A stretch of 64,000 nucleotides of DNA, taken from NCBI RefSeq assembly GCF_001194135.2, contig NC_068982.1, positions 156,640,814 through 156,704,813 on the forward strand. The letters run 5' to 3'. Of the stretch, positions 23,834 through 36,460 are shown piece after piece (within the stretch, counting starts at the first letter, position 1; every line of letters starts with the position of its first letter). The translations under genes and the position numbers were made by a program. Origin of the DNA: Octopus bimaculoides (Eukaryota). The notes below the pieces were generated by a model. It did not search any database and was not told where the DNA came from. It saw only the letters and a list, made by a program, of their open reading frames with translations.

Positions 23834-25601
23834 NNNNNNNNNNNNNNNNNNNNNNNNNNNNNNNNNNNNNNNNNNNNNNNNNNNNNNNNNNNNNNNNNNN
23901 NNNNNNNNNNNNNNNNNNNNNNNNNNNNNNNNNNNNNNNNNNNNNNNNNNNNNNNNNNNNNNNNNNNNNNNNNNNNNNNNNNNNNNNNNNNNNNNNNNNN
24001 NNNNNNNNNAATATCAATGTGTACTAAAACTAGTGTGTGTGTCTGTGTTCTAGCGCGTTTGTTTGCAAGCACATAATTTGCAAAAACAAGATGAAGAAAA
24101 TACGGCTCCATACGAAAAATGGCTTCAAATAAAAGGTGTAAGAAAATAAAAAAATAAAAAAAGACCTCCACAGTCACCGTCCTTGATAAACTTTTTAACG
24201 GCAAATGCACCCTACGCACCGACTGAATCCTTAATGAGAGGTGAAGGGAAAAACGATAAAACATTAGTTACATGAAGAGACCATTACTACCCGCCTAACT
24301 GTACTAGTTATACGCCAGTAGCTTTGTGAAAGGATGTGAGAAGTTTATTCTGTCAAGGTACTTTTGAAATATATTTTCTTCAATGTTAACAGAGTATTGC
24401 GTACGTGAAATATGGAGGAGCGATTTGCAATAGCTTCTATTCACAGTGAACATTCAAAGTGATTATTATTATTAGACGCTCGCAGAAAAATGTTATAAAG
24501 GCAAAGTTAAGAACGAAAATATGACGTTTCAGGCACAGCTATTCATCACATGCATTCATATACATGCTTATGCATATATATGTGTGACTACGTTCGCTGG
24601 TGTTTATGTCTCACTCTGTGTATTTATGTATGTATGTATGTATGTATGTATGTATGTATGTATGTATGTATGTATGTATGTATGTATGCATGCATGTAGG
24701 TTTGTAGGTAGATATCTCTCTTATTCTTTCTTTCTCTCTCTCTCTCTCTCTCAGTGTATATAGATATATATATCTCAATATATATNNNNNNNNNNNNNNN
24801 NNNNNNNNNNNNNNNNNNNNNNNNNNNNNNNNNNNNNNNNNNNNNNNNNNNNNNNNNNNNNNNNNNNNNNNNNNNNNNNNNNNNNNNNNNNNNNNNNNNN
24901 NNNNNNNNNNNNNNNNNNNNNNNNNNNNNNNNNNNNNNNNNNNNNNNNNNNNNNNNNNNNNNNNNNNNNNNNNNNNNNNNNNNNNNNNNNNNNNNNNNNN
25001 NNNNNNNNNNNNNNNNNNNNNNNNNNNNNNNNNNNNNNNNNNNNNNNNNNNNNNNNNNNNNNNNNNNNNNNNNNNNNNNNNNNNNNNNNNNNNNNNNNNN
25101 NNNNNNNNNNNNNNNNNNNNNNNNNNNNNNNNNNNNNNNNNNNNNNNNNNNNNNNNNNNNNNNNNNNNNNNNNNNNNNNNNNNNNNNNNNNNNNNNNNNN
25201 NNNNNNNNNNNNNNNNNNNNNNNNNNNNNNNNNNNNNNNNNNNNNNNNNNNNNNNNNNNNNNNNNNNNNNNNNNNNNNNNNNNNNNNNNNNNNNNNNNNN
25301 NNNNNNNNNNNNNNNNNNNNNNNNNNNNNNNNNNNNNNNNNNNNNNNNNNNNNNNNNNNNNNNNNNNNNNNNNNNNNNNNNNNNNNNNNNNNNNNNNNNN
25401 NNNNNNNNNNNNNNNNNNNNNNNNNNNNNNNNNNNNNNNNNNNNNNNNNNNNNNNNNNNNNNNNNNNNNNNNNNNNNNNNNNNNNNNNNNNNNNNNNNNN
25501 NNNNNNNNNNNNNNNNNNNNNNNNNNNNNNNNNNNNNNNNNNNNNNNNNNNNNNNNNNNNNNNNNNNNNNNNNNNNNNNNNNNNNNNNNNNNNNNNNNNN
25601 N

Positions 25602-25800
25602 TGGTGGCAGCTGATGAAGGGGATGTTTCTATGTGGCCTGCTTGTTTGTTGCTTTGTTGCACCTTGTTTACCATTTTTGTCCTTGTTCTTTTGCCATGTC
25701 ATGTACCCAGTTATGTATCTATATGTACATGTGGATGAACGTATATACATACATGTACATATATATGCATATACTCATATATTGTTTATATATATATATA
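25602..25800 (+). mobile_element. Repeat family E copy
   Basis: tggtggcagctgatgaagggg...catgtacccagttatgtatctatat...gcatatactca; begins at a gap edge. Confidence 0.7.
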
Positions 25801-25869
25801 TACATATATATATACATATATTACTAGAGTGGGAGGCAATGCATTGATGTGTCATATTATGGCCCATTA

Positions 25870-26008
25870 CGTTTTCAATTTAAATTCCATCGAGGTCAGC
25901 GTTGCTTGTCATCTTCCAGAGGTCGATAAAATAAAATAGCATTCACGCACCCGTGGCACTTTAATCGATTACGACTTCCTTGAAAATGTTTGGCCTTGTG
26001 CCTACATA
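25870..26008 (+). mobile_element. SINE family A, 5'-truncated
   Basis: ttaaattccatcgaggtcagcgttgc...gaggtcgataaaat...ggccttgtgcc. Confidence 0.75.
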
Positions 26009-26294
26009 AGTTTTTATATTGTTATTGTAATTCTTGTTGACGATGCTGGCAGTTGGTAATGAAGTAGATGTTATTGTTGCTTAACCGCAGCTCTTCAATC
26101 CTGCGTGAGCTGACGTATTATCAAAGATGTTGCAGCCGTGACCATCCGGTCGATTTTATATATATTCAGAAATATATTGGCCTAAGTTCTTTCATTCTTT
26201 AGAAAGTAAAAAATGATTTGAGATATTACAAGCGGATCAAGGGAGCGTTCAGAGGTTCCTTCGTTGGATGGCAGTAGTCGTAGTTGGAGCAATG

Positions 26295-26343
26295 ACGGTG
26301 ATGATGACATCATCACTGTTGTCGTCGTCGTCGTCGTCGTCAA

Positions 26344-26415
<72 letters not shown>

Positions 26416-26425
26416 CATCACTGTC
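26295..26425. repeat. (GTC)n-(CAT)n trinucleotide microsatellite
   Basis: Read directly. Confidence 0.95.
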
Positions 26426-26567
26426 AACATCAGCCGAGGCAACAGTAACAGCAGTTTTAGTTGCAATAACAGTAGTATACTTAAGGATAATTCATAAAAG
26501 CACTACAGCAGTAGCAGCAACAACAACGTTGACGAAAAATGCTCAGTAGAAAAAGCGAAAATATATG

Positions 26568-26960
26568 TAAACGTGGCTGTGTGGTAAGAAGTTTACTTCC
26601 CAACCTACATGGCTCCGGGTTAAGTCCTAATGAGTGGCAACCTGAGCAAGTGTCTTCAATTACAGCCTCGGGCTGACCAAAGCCTTGTGAGTGGATTTGG
26701 TAGACGGAAACTGAAAGAAGTCTGTCGTATATACATACACACACACACACATATATATATGTGTGTGTTTGTGTGTGTGTGTGTTTTGCGCGTGCGCGTG
26801 CGTGTTTGTGTGTGGGGAGTGTGTGCACGTGTGCGTGTGTGTGTATGTGTACGTATCTTTGTGTCTGTTTGTCACCGATTGATTACCCCTTAAAAACCGG
26901 TGTTCGCGTATTTACGTCTCCATAACTAGCAGTTCAGCACACGTGACCGATATACTAGCC
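26568..26960 (+). mobile_element. SINE family D (tRNA head, CORE-like ctgagcaagtgtctt block, internal microsatellite)
   Basis: A-box-like gtggctgtgtggtaag, B-box-like gggttaagtcc, gaccaaagccttgtgagtggatttggtagacggaaactgaaagaag, then (AT/GT)n and a 3' module. Confidence 0.85.
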
Positions 26961-28496
26961 TTACTATTTTCTTTTTAATGCAGTGAGCGTCCCTGAGTAA
27001 CTTTGTCTCCTTTTTCTATTCTGTATAAAATATCATTTAATGAAATTGAAATCAAGTCCTGAAATCAGCATGCCGGGGGCTAATATTAACTTCATGAACC
27101 TTAGAACCCTAAAAGATGATACTCTGGAAATCAACTTTAATTTCTAAAGGATATTTGAGAAGAAGCTGTCACTAATGTTTTAGGTGTATATAATAGCTTG
27201 AATACAATCTCAATTATTGAGTGAGCACGATTACAGCATATGACTGTAATTTGAATGGGGAGGAATTTCGTACAATCTCCTGCGGGATATCATAAATAAA
27301 TTAAGCCGGAGGGCAGTGCCATTCAAACTCTTAACAGTTTCATTTATATTCCGATACCAAGTCCTTCCCTTTCGTTTCCCCGCAAGACCTACTGTGACAC
27401 GCTCGTTGCTTGTCTAGTAGCAGCTAACGTTATTGTCGCTCGCTGCCACTGCTGCTGCTACCACTGCTGCTTCTGACGCTGCTGTTTCTGTTGCTAATGC
27501 CGTTGTTATTGACGTTGCTATTGTTACAGACGTTTCCAACGTTGTCAAAACAAACACCACCTTCAACTGTATGAAATAATACCACAATAATAACCAACAG
27601 AAAGAACCACTGCACTGGCTTCAAATTCTCGTTTACACAGATTCAACTCCCAGAAGAGCTTTGTGTCTTAATGAGAATCTAAGTTTATTAATGGTACTTA
27701 TTTTATCTCCACCTTACCCTGCAATTACAATAAAAGGGGGCGATGGAGAGGAGAAGAAAGAAACTCTGCAATTTCGACGGGATTTGAACTCAGGATGTAC
27801 TGTGACGTTTCGTTATGCACTACAAGGATTTCTTTCCAGCGGAGTACCTGATGTCATTCACTATCGTCAACAAAACCCTTATAATTACTGATACAATGAT
27901 TTCTAGCAATGAGCAAATCTCGATGATGATCATCACATCCACCACCACCACCACCACCACCACCNNNNNNNNNNNNNNNNNNNNNNNNNNNNNNNNNNNN
28001 NNNNNNNNNNNNNNNNNNNNNNNNNNNNNNNNNNNNNNNNNNNNNNNNNNNNNNNNNNNNNNNNNNNNNNNNNNNNNNNNNNNNNNNNNNNNNNNNNNNN
28101 NNNNNNNNNNNNNNNNNNNNNNNNNNNNNNNNNNNNNNNNNNNNNNNNNNNNNNNNNNNNNNNNNNNNNNNNNNNNNNNNNNNNNNNNNNNNNNNNNNNN
28201 NNNNNNNNNNNNNNNNNNNNNNNNNNNNNNNNNNNNNNNNNNNNNNNNNNNNNNNNNNNNNNNNNNNNCAAAAACAACAGCAGCAAAAACACCAAAAAAC
28301 AACAACAACAACAACAACATGAACAGCAACAACAAACCTTTCAAAATGAGGGTCAAAATGCCATTACTGTACCTGTTAGAAAGAGAAGTTAAATCGGCTT
28401 GAAACCATACCCTTTTTCTCATGAGAGGTTAAAAGGAACTCGGCAATGAGACCCTGTATATATTATTTTCAACTAATCAGCGGTGGTCACTACTTA

Positions 28497-28622
28497 AACG
28501 CTTTGCCTTACATCCTTTCGAGGTTGATAAATTAAGTACCAGTCGAGCACTGGGATCGATCTAAGCGACTGACTCTTTCCTCCCTTTTGCTGGCCTTGTG
28601 TCAAACTTTGAAATCAATATTA
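28497..28622 (+). mobile_element. SINE family A, 3' half
   Basis: ctttgccttacatcctttcgaggttgataaattaagtaccag...ggccttgtgtcaaactttgaa. Confidence 0.8.
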
Positions 28623-28825
28623 GGTTTCAGTACTATATTTCCTAAAACAGCTTTACCATCTGCCAACTGAATGAATATATTCATACAGGGTGTTTGATGA
28701 GCAACTGGAACACTCATCGTCGTCATCGACGGAGCGCCAGTCTTGTTTTTTAACAAATGAAATTCAAGCACCAGACAGCTAACTACAAATAAGTATATTG
28801 TGAGGAAATAATGATGATGATGATG

Positions 28826-28900
<75 letters not shown>

Positions 28901-28901
<1 letters not shown>

Positions 28902-29360
28902 AAAGATCCTTCGGGATTTTATAATTCAGTACGACTATGAGATAGAGAATAGGAAACCAGACATAGTATTAATTGAGAAAGAAAACAAACTATGCTGAAT
29001 CAAAGATATAGCATGCCTAGCTGACAACAAGGTATGCGACAAGGATGAAAAGAAAGTCGAAAGATATGAAAGGTTAGCTTGGGACGTTAAGCAGTTGTGG
29101 TTGATAAAAAAGATGGTAGTAGTACCAATAATTGTCGGAGCCCTGGGAACAGTGAGTAAAAATCTTGAGAAGTACATGGAACAAATAAGAACTGCAATAA
29201 GGGTGAAGAACTTGCACAAAACAGCACTACTTGGAACTACTCGAATACTCCGGATGGTGTTCGAAAAATAAGGGAGGTTACTTTAGTTCACTGGTAGTGA
29301 ACAGCTGGCACCGTGGTACATCTCCAGCGTTAGAAACTGTGCTAAGATAATAAATAATAA
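28901..29360 (+). mobile_element. 3' end of an RLE-type non-LTR retrotransposon (R4/Dong-like)
   Basis: Reads KILRDF...RKPDIVLIEKENKLC*IKDIAC...KVERYERLAW...VVVPIIVGALGTVSKNLEKY...KTALLGTTRILR, a restriction-like endonuclease (PD..D motif), followed by a 3' UTR and (TAA)n. Confidence 0.85.
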
Positions 29361-29369
29361 TAGTCATTA

Positions 29370-29650
29370 TAGACACAAGGCCTGAATCTTTGGCGGTGGT
29401 GGGGGATAGTCGCTTTCATCGATCCCCAATAATAATAATGATTCCAAATTTTGGCTCATGGTCATCAATTTCAGGGGAAGCAGTAAGTCGATTATATCGA
29501 CCCCGAGTGCTCAACTGTTACTCGTTTTATCAACCCCGAAAGGATGACAAGCAAACACGACCACGGCGGAATTTTGAACTCTGAACATAGAGACGGACGA
29601 GATGCTGTACAGCATTTTGCCCGGCATGCTAACAATTCTGCCAGCTCGCC
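29370..29650 (-). mobile_element. SINE family A (tail fragment plus near-full copy)
   Basis: gacacaaggcctgaa...; gtcgattatatcgacccc...gaattttgaactctgaac...gcattttgcccggcatgctaacaattctgccagctcgcc. Confidence 0.85.
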
Positions 29651-29707
<57 letters not shown>

Positions 29708-29709
29708 AT

Positions 29710-30147
29710 TCAGACAAATACATAACAAAAACACCAGGACTTACAAATATATATAACATACAGAAAATTGCACTACTGGGTACTGCACACATTCTACGCA
29801 AAACACTTTCAATACAGTAAACATAAGAGCACCACAGCAATCCACAGCACATACCCAAGGCGTACAGAGCTGCGCTCGGTAGTGAAGTGAAAGCACGTTA
29901 TAAAAATAAAACTACTGAACAATAATAATAATAATAATAATANNNNNNNNNNCAAAAACACCAGGACTTACAAATATATATAACATACAGAAAATTGTAC
30001 TACTGGGTACTGCACACATTCTACGCAAAACACTTTCAATACAGTAAACATAAGAGCACCACAGCAATCCACAGCACATACCCAAGGCGTACAGAGCTGC
30101 GCTCGGTAGTGAAGTGAAAGCACGTTATAAAAATAAAACTACTGAAC
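29710..30147 (+). mobile_element. Extreme 3' end of a second R4/Dong-like LINE, present twice across a 10-N gap
   Basis: TKTPGLTNIYNIQKIALLGTAHILRKTLSIQ* plus UTR and (AAT)n; 29726-29920 and 29953-30147 differ by one base that I could find (gcac/gtac). Confidence 0.8.
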
Positions 30148-30222
<75 letters not shown>

Positions 30223-30256
30223 TATAATAATGATGATGATGATGATAATAATAATA

Positions 30257-30291
<35 letters not shown>

Positions 30292-30742
30292 AGTTAATGA
30301 GTGTCATTCATCTTATATCGACGAATACGGGTTACAACTTTGGAAATATTTGTGCCTAATTTTGACCTCGTCAACGAAACCGACATCATTGTTATTACTA
30401 ATGCAGTGATAACAGATTTAAAAAGCCTATGTCCAATAAATATGGGTCATATCGAAACTGCAAGGGATGTGGTGATGGTCTTCTGCATTAGCATTAATTA
30501 TTTCACAAGAGAATACAGAGGAGAGTTCAAAAGGTTCAAATACTGCGTGTGGTGTGGAATAACCCGACGGCAATTGGACTGAATGAACTTTGCTACAAAT
30601 TCTCTTGTGTCTCAGAATATACACTGGCGAGCTTACAGAAATAGAAATAAAAAAAATCGTGTATAATTTTGGCAGGGTGGAATGAAGGCTCACGATGCAC
30701 TAGATTAACTCCATGACTAATGAGTTTAGCCAAAAGGTTACA

Positions 30743-30781
<39 letters not shown>

Positions 30782-31744
30782 TAATAATGATTTCCAAAGC
30801 CTTTGCTGAAATCGAAATTCCCAAAAGTTTGTTATCACCGTCTATAGTGGTTGCTGCTGTTGTTTAATCAGCCGAGGCCAACCTATCAATGTAAGCAACA
30901 TCAACAAGAGCATCAGAATAAGAATAATGATACAAAACAAAACAAAACAAAACAAAACAAACCAAACCACTCTTACTGTGCTGAATCGACGAGACATAAA
31001 CACACAAAGCCACACATTTGATGGTGAAGGGTCTTGTCGAATATATTTGAAGGGGTGTTTTACTGTAAATGACCCTGGGAGAATGAAAAGCAAAGTTAAC
31101 ACCTCTGGAGTTTGAACTTAAAATGAATAATATCTTATAATAATTCTGCTTGTCTCACCGTTACTTAGCCCGTCCGTAACGCTTCCAAGTGACTAGTTGA
31201 AGGGGGTGGGGTGGGGAAGGCTTAGGGCAGGGGNNNNNNNNNNNNNNNNNNNNNNNNNNNNNNNNNNNNNNNNNNNNAGTGAAATGTGTAATTTTTTTGT
31301 TTTGAACTGTTTTTTCCTCCGTTACTTAGTCCGTCTGTAAACGCATTCACGTGATTAGTTGAAGGGAGAAGCTAAAAGCAAAAGAAAAGGGAGAGAGAAA
31401 AAGAGAGTAAGGCGAAGAGTGAGGGAACAAGAGGTAGAATATTGTGTATGAAGTCTATAAAATTGTGTATATAATCATCGTATTCCAGTTTCGTTCACTT
31501 TTCAATGATTAGTAGATGGGCGACTACCTTTTGATATAGACCCAACAAAGGCTACAATTTCAGGTCTTTTGGATAAAGTTTTCAGAAATAACCCAATAAG
31601 TGAAATATTCTCGGGTCCCGCTAGTATAACTAAATATCGCATGATACTCTGTCGCTCACACTACTGGATACGTTAACCAACTGTAATGAATTGTGGGGTA
31701 ATGCTCCTACTATTTAAGATCATCTTAAGAGTAACAATATAAGC

Positions 31745-32015
31745 CTTTCTAATTTTTGGCACAATTTTGAGGAGTGGGAAAGTTGAGTACATCGACCTCA
31801 TTACTTTACTGGTACTTTATTTTATCAATCCCGAGTGGGTGAATGACAAAATCGACCACTGTGACGTTAAATATTTTTTCCAGCGCTCTCACTATTCTAT
31901 CAGCTTGCGGATTTAATAGTTCTAAAATCTAATACAAAGCAAGCTATTTTTGAGAGAGTAGCGTACTCAATAAAATCAATCCAAGAGCTTGACTAGTACT
32001 TATTTTATTCACCAC
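31745..32015 (-). mobile_element. SINE family A fragments (two, decayed)
   Basis: ttttggcacaatttt...acatcgacctca...ctggtactttattttatcaatcccga; the second fragment has tactagtacttattttatt. Confidence 0.65.
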
Positions 32016-32299
32016 TAAGGGTTCACAAAAACAGTTCGAGACTTGAATCAAGCAAGAAATAATTCCCTGAAAGGTGACGATCTCCGATCGTAATTTTGTG
32101 AAAACTCCACAAAATTACAATCACCCTGATCTCAAAGGCAAGTGTCCTCTTCCTACACTCCCTTAATCTACAAGCACATGCTCAGAGTAGACTCGACCAC
32201 TTAGATCATCCTTACCGTTCTCATTTACCTTTCAACAAGTTTGTTGTGAAGCAGTATTTTCCTGTTTAGTTTAGGTGTCTGTCTTTATCCCCTTCAATC

Positions 32300-33150
32300 T
32301 TGTCTACCACAAATCATCTTTCACTAAAGATAGCAAACAAATGAAGACTGTCTCTCCCGGACGAAAGAAGGCGGAGTGACTATATTTACAATGGACTCAG
32401 CTGATAGCCAAAGCCTTCCTGTATGCAACAGCAGAGGCGCGTCATAACTCCGCAAGTCAGCAATGTTTGGGCACTAGCAGAGGACGTGCAAAACATTTTC
32501 GTTTCTCCCTATCTTCACCTGCAGCCTCACCAATCTAGGTATTCTTGGAAAGTTCTACAGAGCAGACTAGTCAGTCTCCCCAAGAACGCTCTCGCACTTG
32601 CTTGTTGCAAAATCTCTATCAAAAACCAGAGTGGAACTTTCACCAATACATTTTCTCACTAGCAGAGGACTGTGAGGGCATGACGACACTCTAGGTAGCA
32701 GATACTTTATCTAGGTTTATGCTTGATCAGTACTGTAGCTCAATCAGACGGACTGATGACTACAACCGATTAACGTCATGGAAACGCTGAAGATATCTAG
32801 TTAGTTCACTCTTCGTCTCGGGTAAATTGGTATCAGTGTCATATCTGCAGTTCTTTGTGAGAAAGGGAAGTGCTTCTAGGCTAGGATTTCCGATGAAATT
32901 ATAGAGAATGTATCCAAATTTATGGGCTCGTCCAACAAATTGTCTCACCATATGTTTTTTAAATAAGCTTCAACTTGGTCTGAAGGTATATGCTCTAATT
33001 TGTGTTGTTTTGTCGATAAGCATCTATACAGAATTGTTTCCCTTTCTGTTTGGTCTAAAAGGTTTTGCTGTTACTTATCTCTGTTCCAGTGAGTTGATGT
33101 GTTTCTCTGCATCTACTTTCTGCATCATGATTTTTGTGTAATTAGTTAAA
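32300..33150 (-). mobile_element. Highly decayed APE-endonuclease LINE fragment (RTE/CR1-like)
   Basis: Minus strand gives ...MLID...FKKHMV...GRAHKFGYIL...CRYDTDTNL, loosely matching the APE C-terminal motifs NT.F...TW...IDYIL...ADCDTDH.L. Many stops. Confidence 0.4.
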
Positions 33151-33821
33151 GTCGAAAACGTTGATGTTCTTAGTAAGTAAGAGAAATATTCTTGTGTCTT
33201 CATTGTTGCTGCTGCTGTCGTTGCTAATCATCACTGTCTCGGTGGTTATTGCTTATTGTTGAGATGGCGGAAGGGAGGGGCTGTGACGCTTCAGTCTGTT
33301 GCTATTTTGGAAGCAGCGTTGAGAATGCACGATTTACTACTTCTGGTAATTCTGCGAGTTTCTTTTTGTTCTTGCTGCTGCTACTGTTGTTCGGACTGTT
33401 CTTGTGCATTTGCTGTTGTTGTTATAGTTGTTACTGTGGTTTCTACTGATAATGCAGTTACTATTTTTATTACTACTATGGCTATATTACTGTGCTGCAG
33501 GAGATGAATGCGAAAGGCAGTTACACCTTCAAAACCTCTTCACACCTTCTCCTTTTGCAGGGCGGTTGACAAAGACGACACTATTTTGAAAAAAATTTTC
33601 TCTGCCTCAAAATGTTTTCGTTTTTTGAAATTTTTATTTATTAGGGCTAGTAACAAAAACGATTGAACAGTCCCTTATGATTCTGGGCAATTAAGAAACA
33701 AGGAAGAACAACAAAAATCACCAAAAAACGGACTTCTACAAAAGAAAATGACACAAACTCACGCAGCTTCCAAAAGGACGATTAGCTTCGGTGACAAACA
33801 ACAACAGCAGCAGCAGCAGCA

Positions 33822-33876
<55 letters not shown>

Positions 33877-33943
33877 ATAATAATAATAATAATAATAACA
33901 ATAATAATAATAAAAATAATAGTAATAATATCAATAATAATCT

Positions 33944-34108
33944 TCTCTACTAGAGGCACAAGGCCTCAGATTACATCGACCCCAGTGTTTCACTGGTAAT
34001 TAATTTATCGACCCCGAAAGGATAAAATGTCAAGTCGACCTCGGTAGAATTTGAACTCAGACCGTAGTGACAGGCTAAGAATTTCGTCCTGTGTGCTAAC
34101 GATTCTAG
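33944..34108 (-). mobile_element. SINE family A copy
   Basis: ctactagaggcacaaggcct...gattacatcgaccccagtgtttcactggta...gtcgacctcggtagaatttgaactcag. Confidence 0.88.
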
Positions 34109-34159
34109 ATTTACTGCAATGGCAGTAGTTGCTGATTGGAAAGGGCTTAGCAGCTTCAC

Positions 34160-34720
34160 TTAGCCAATCAAGGCTCTGTTAAAGCATATGGTGAAAAATC
34201 CCGGTGTGTGGATGCAGTTCTTACTGCTGTGTCCCATGGCCTCATAGTTTCTGTTGCAGCCGTCCATGTCACGTCTTAGAGACTTGACAGTGTCCACAGA
34301 GCATTGAGTAGCAGTCATAATGCCGACATTTTGATACCCGTGTGAATCATCATGATACAAGCAACTCTTCCAATATTCAGATGGTTTCCAGTCCGCCATG
34401 TCAGCTAACTTTTTCTCAATTAAAACTTTAGTATTTATGCTCTCCAACACAGTTGAATGTTCACCAATACATTAAGCTGTTCCTGAAAAAAAGATTTAAC
34501 CTGAACACCCTGTAGAGAAGTGAGAGGTTGGAATTTATATGAGTTACAACATGGTTTATATTCTCCAGAACTAAATTCTTCGCTGAGGTTTTGTTTCCCC
34601 TCAAATTCTTGTATTTTAAAATGTAATGTTTTGTTCTGATTCTTCATCGGTACTGCTGGCAGCCACATTTGCGACATCATTTTAACATTTATTAAGTATC
34701 TCAGGGATTCCAAACCACGC
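34160..34720 (-). pseudogene. Decayed Cys-rich ORF resembling Kolobok KolX / P2X7-ballast-like zinc domain
   Basis: Across frames, minus strand: acidic SSTDEESEQ, YKFQP, LCGHCQV (34281-34304) and CIHTPGFFTICFNRAL; recalled family motifs are PY.FEP, WC.CG.C..M and CIT.HPGF..VCLNR.VL. Recognition from memory only. Confidence 0.4.
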
Positions 34721-35329
34721 TGATTGCATATTAATTAGTGATTTTTACATTGGATAATTAATAAAAAAAAATCTAAAACGAAGATTTGACTTGTCTGTTG
34801 GTATTGACGCAAACTTCTTCACGCGCAGAGATGCACACACATGGATACCACACGCACACACATATACGTACGCACGCACGCACACACACATACACACACA
34901 CAAACACACACACGCACATATACACACATCTATATGTGTGCTCTTATTTGTGTATAATACACACATATGTATACACATGTGTGTGTTTATATATATATAT
35001 ATATATATAACTATATGTATATATATATACATATAAAATGTGACGCTTGTATATACATACATGTATTTACGGATGCGTTAGTATGTGTGTGTGTGTGTGG
35101 TGCTTCTGTGTGCGCGCGCATGTACGTGTGTGCTTGATTGTTTTCGGTGCGTATTACGCTTATACGAATATGCTTGCGTGTATATACGTATGTGAGAAGT
35201 TATCGTCGTATGACGACGGATTCGTAACGGCGTTTCAGGAGAAAACAGAGTAAACGCTCTGCATAAAAGGAAGTATCAGACATAACAGTCACATCTGCTT
35301 TCCTTTACACATTATCGCCTTGAAAGAGG

Positions 35330-35470
35330 GAAGGACACAGTCTAGTGGTAATGGTTTTCCACTTATGATCGCACGATCATGGCTTCAATTCTCAGACACT
35401 TCATTTCACTTTGACATCTGTCGTCTAGTACACCGAGCACCTGTACAGGTAATGTCGATTGATGAAGGGA
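35330..35470 (+). mobile_element. Decayed tRNA-derived SINE fragment
   Basis: gacacagtctagtggtaatgg (A-box-like) followed by catggcttcaattc (B-box-like). Confidence 0.45.
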
Positions 35471-35552
35471 GTGGTCAAATTTTTGATTAGTATAAGCAAA
35501 TCATCTGTGCAGCAAGAAGTTGCGGGACTCTCAACTGTCGTTTACATCAGGA

Positions 35553-35905
35553 GAGTCCACTTGGTTCAGTGGTTAAAGCATCGGACTCACAATCATGACT
35601 CACAATTATGATGTTCTGATTTCGGTTCCCGGACTCGGCAATGTGCTGCGTTCTCGAGCAAGAAACTTTACCCCACGTTGCTCCTGTTCACCCAGCTTTA
35701 GAAATAAGTTGCGAAGTCACTGGTGCCAAGCACTATCGGACTTTGCTTTTCCTATGGATAACATCGGTCGCGTGGAGAGTGGAGCCTGGTACGTATGGGT
35801 TACTGCAGGTCTTCCATAAAAAACCTTGCCCGGCCTTGTGGCTTGGAGGGTAACTCTCTAGGGGCAAGCCCATGGTCATTCATGTCCGAAGTGGGTCTCA
35901 TGAGA
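35553..35905 (+). mobile_element. SINE family C (tRNA head plus V/CORE-like central block)
   Basis: A-box tggttcagtggttaaagcatcggactcacaat, B-box-like gatttcggttcc, central gtgctgcgttctcgagcaagaaacttta...gttgctcctgttcacccagct. Confidence 0.7.
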
Positions 35906-36460
35906 GAAAGGTTGAATTCTTACACAATCAATTTATGAATATCCGATTAAGTTATCCGACACAGACTCAATATGGTCTGCTGTAATATTCTTCTGTTACC
36001 ACCTTTGCTGATGTTTTCTTCCTCTTTTGCACTGAGAATGGTAATACGTAATTAAATTGATTTAATTTAATTATAATTATAATTAATTAAATTTTTTCCA
36101 TGTTTCTTATATGTTAGTGTTATAATTTGAAACGATCGTATGCATGGATTAAAATTTTATAAAACTTTTAACATCTTGTCTTCTCCATCATTAATTGTTA
36201 GTTGGGTTTATATAGGATTATATCTTATAAATGCTCATGACACACCTTATACTATATATATATATATATATNNNNNNNNNNNNNNNNNNNNNNNNNNNNN
36301 NNNNNNNNNNNNNNNNNNNNNNNNNNNNNNNNNNNNNNNNNNNNNNNNNNNNNNNNNNNNNNNNNNNNNNNNNNNNNNNNNNNNNNNNNNNNNNNNNNNN
36401 NNNNNNNNNNNNNNNNNNNNNNNNNNNNNNNNNNNNNNNNNNNNNNNNNNNNNNNNNNNN

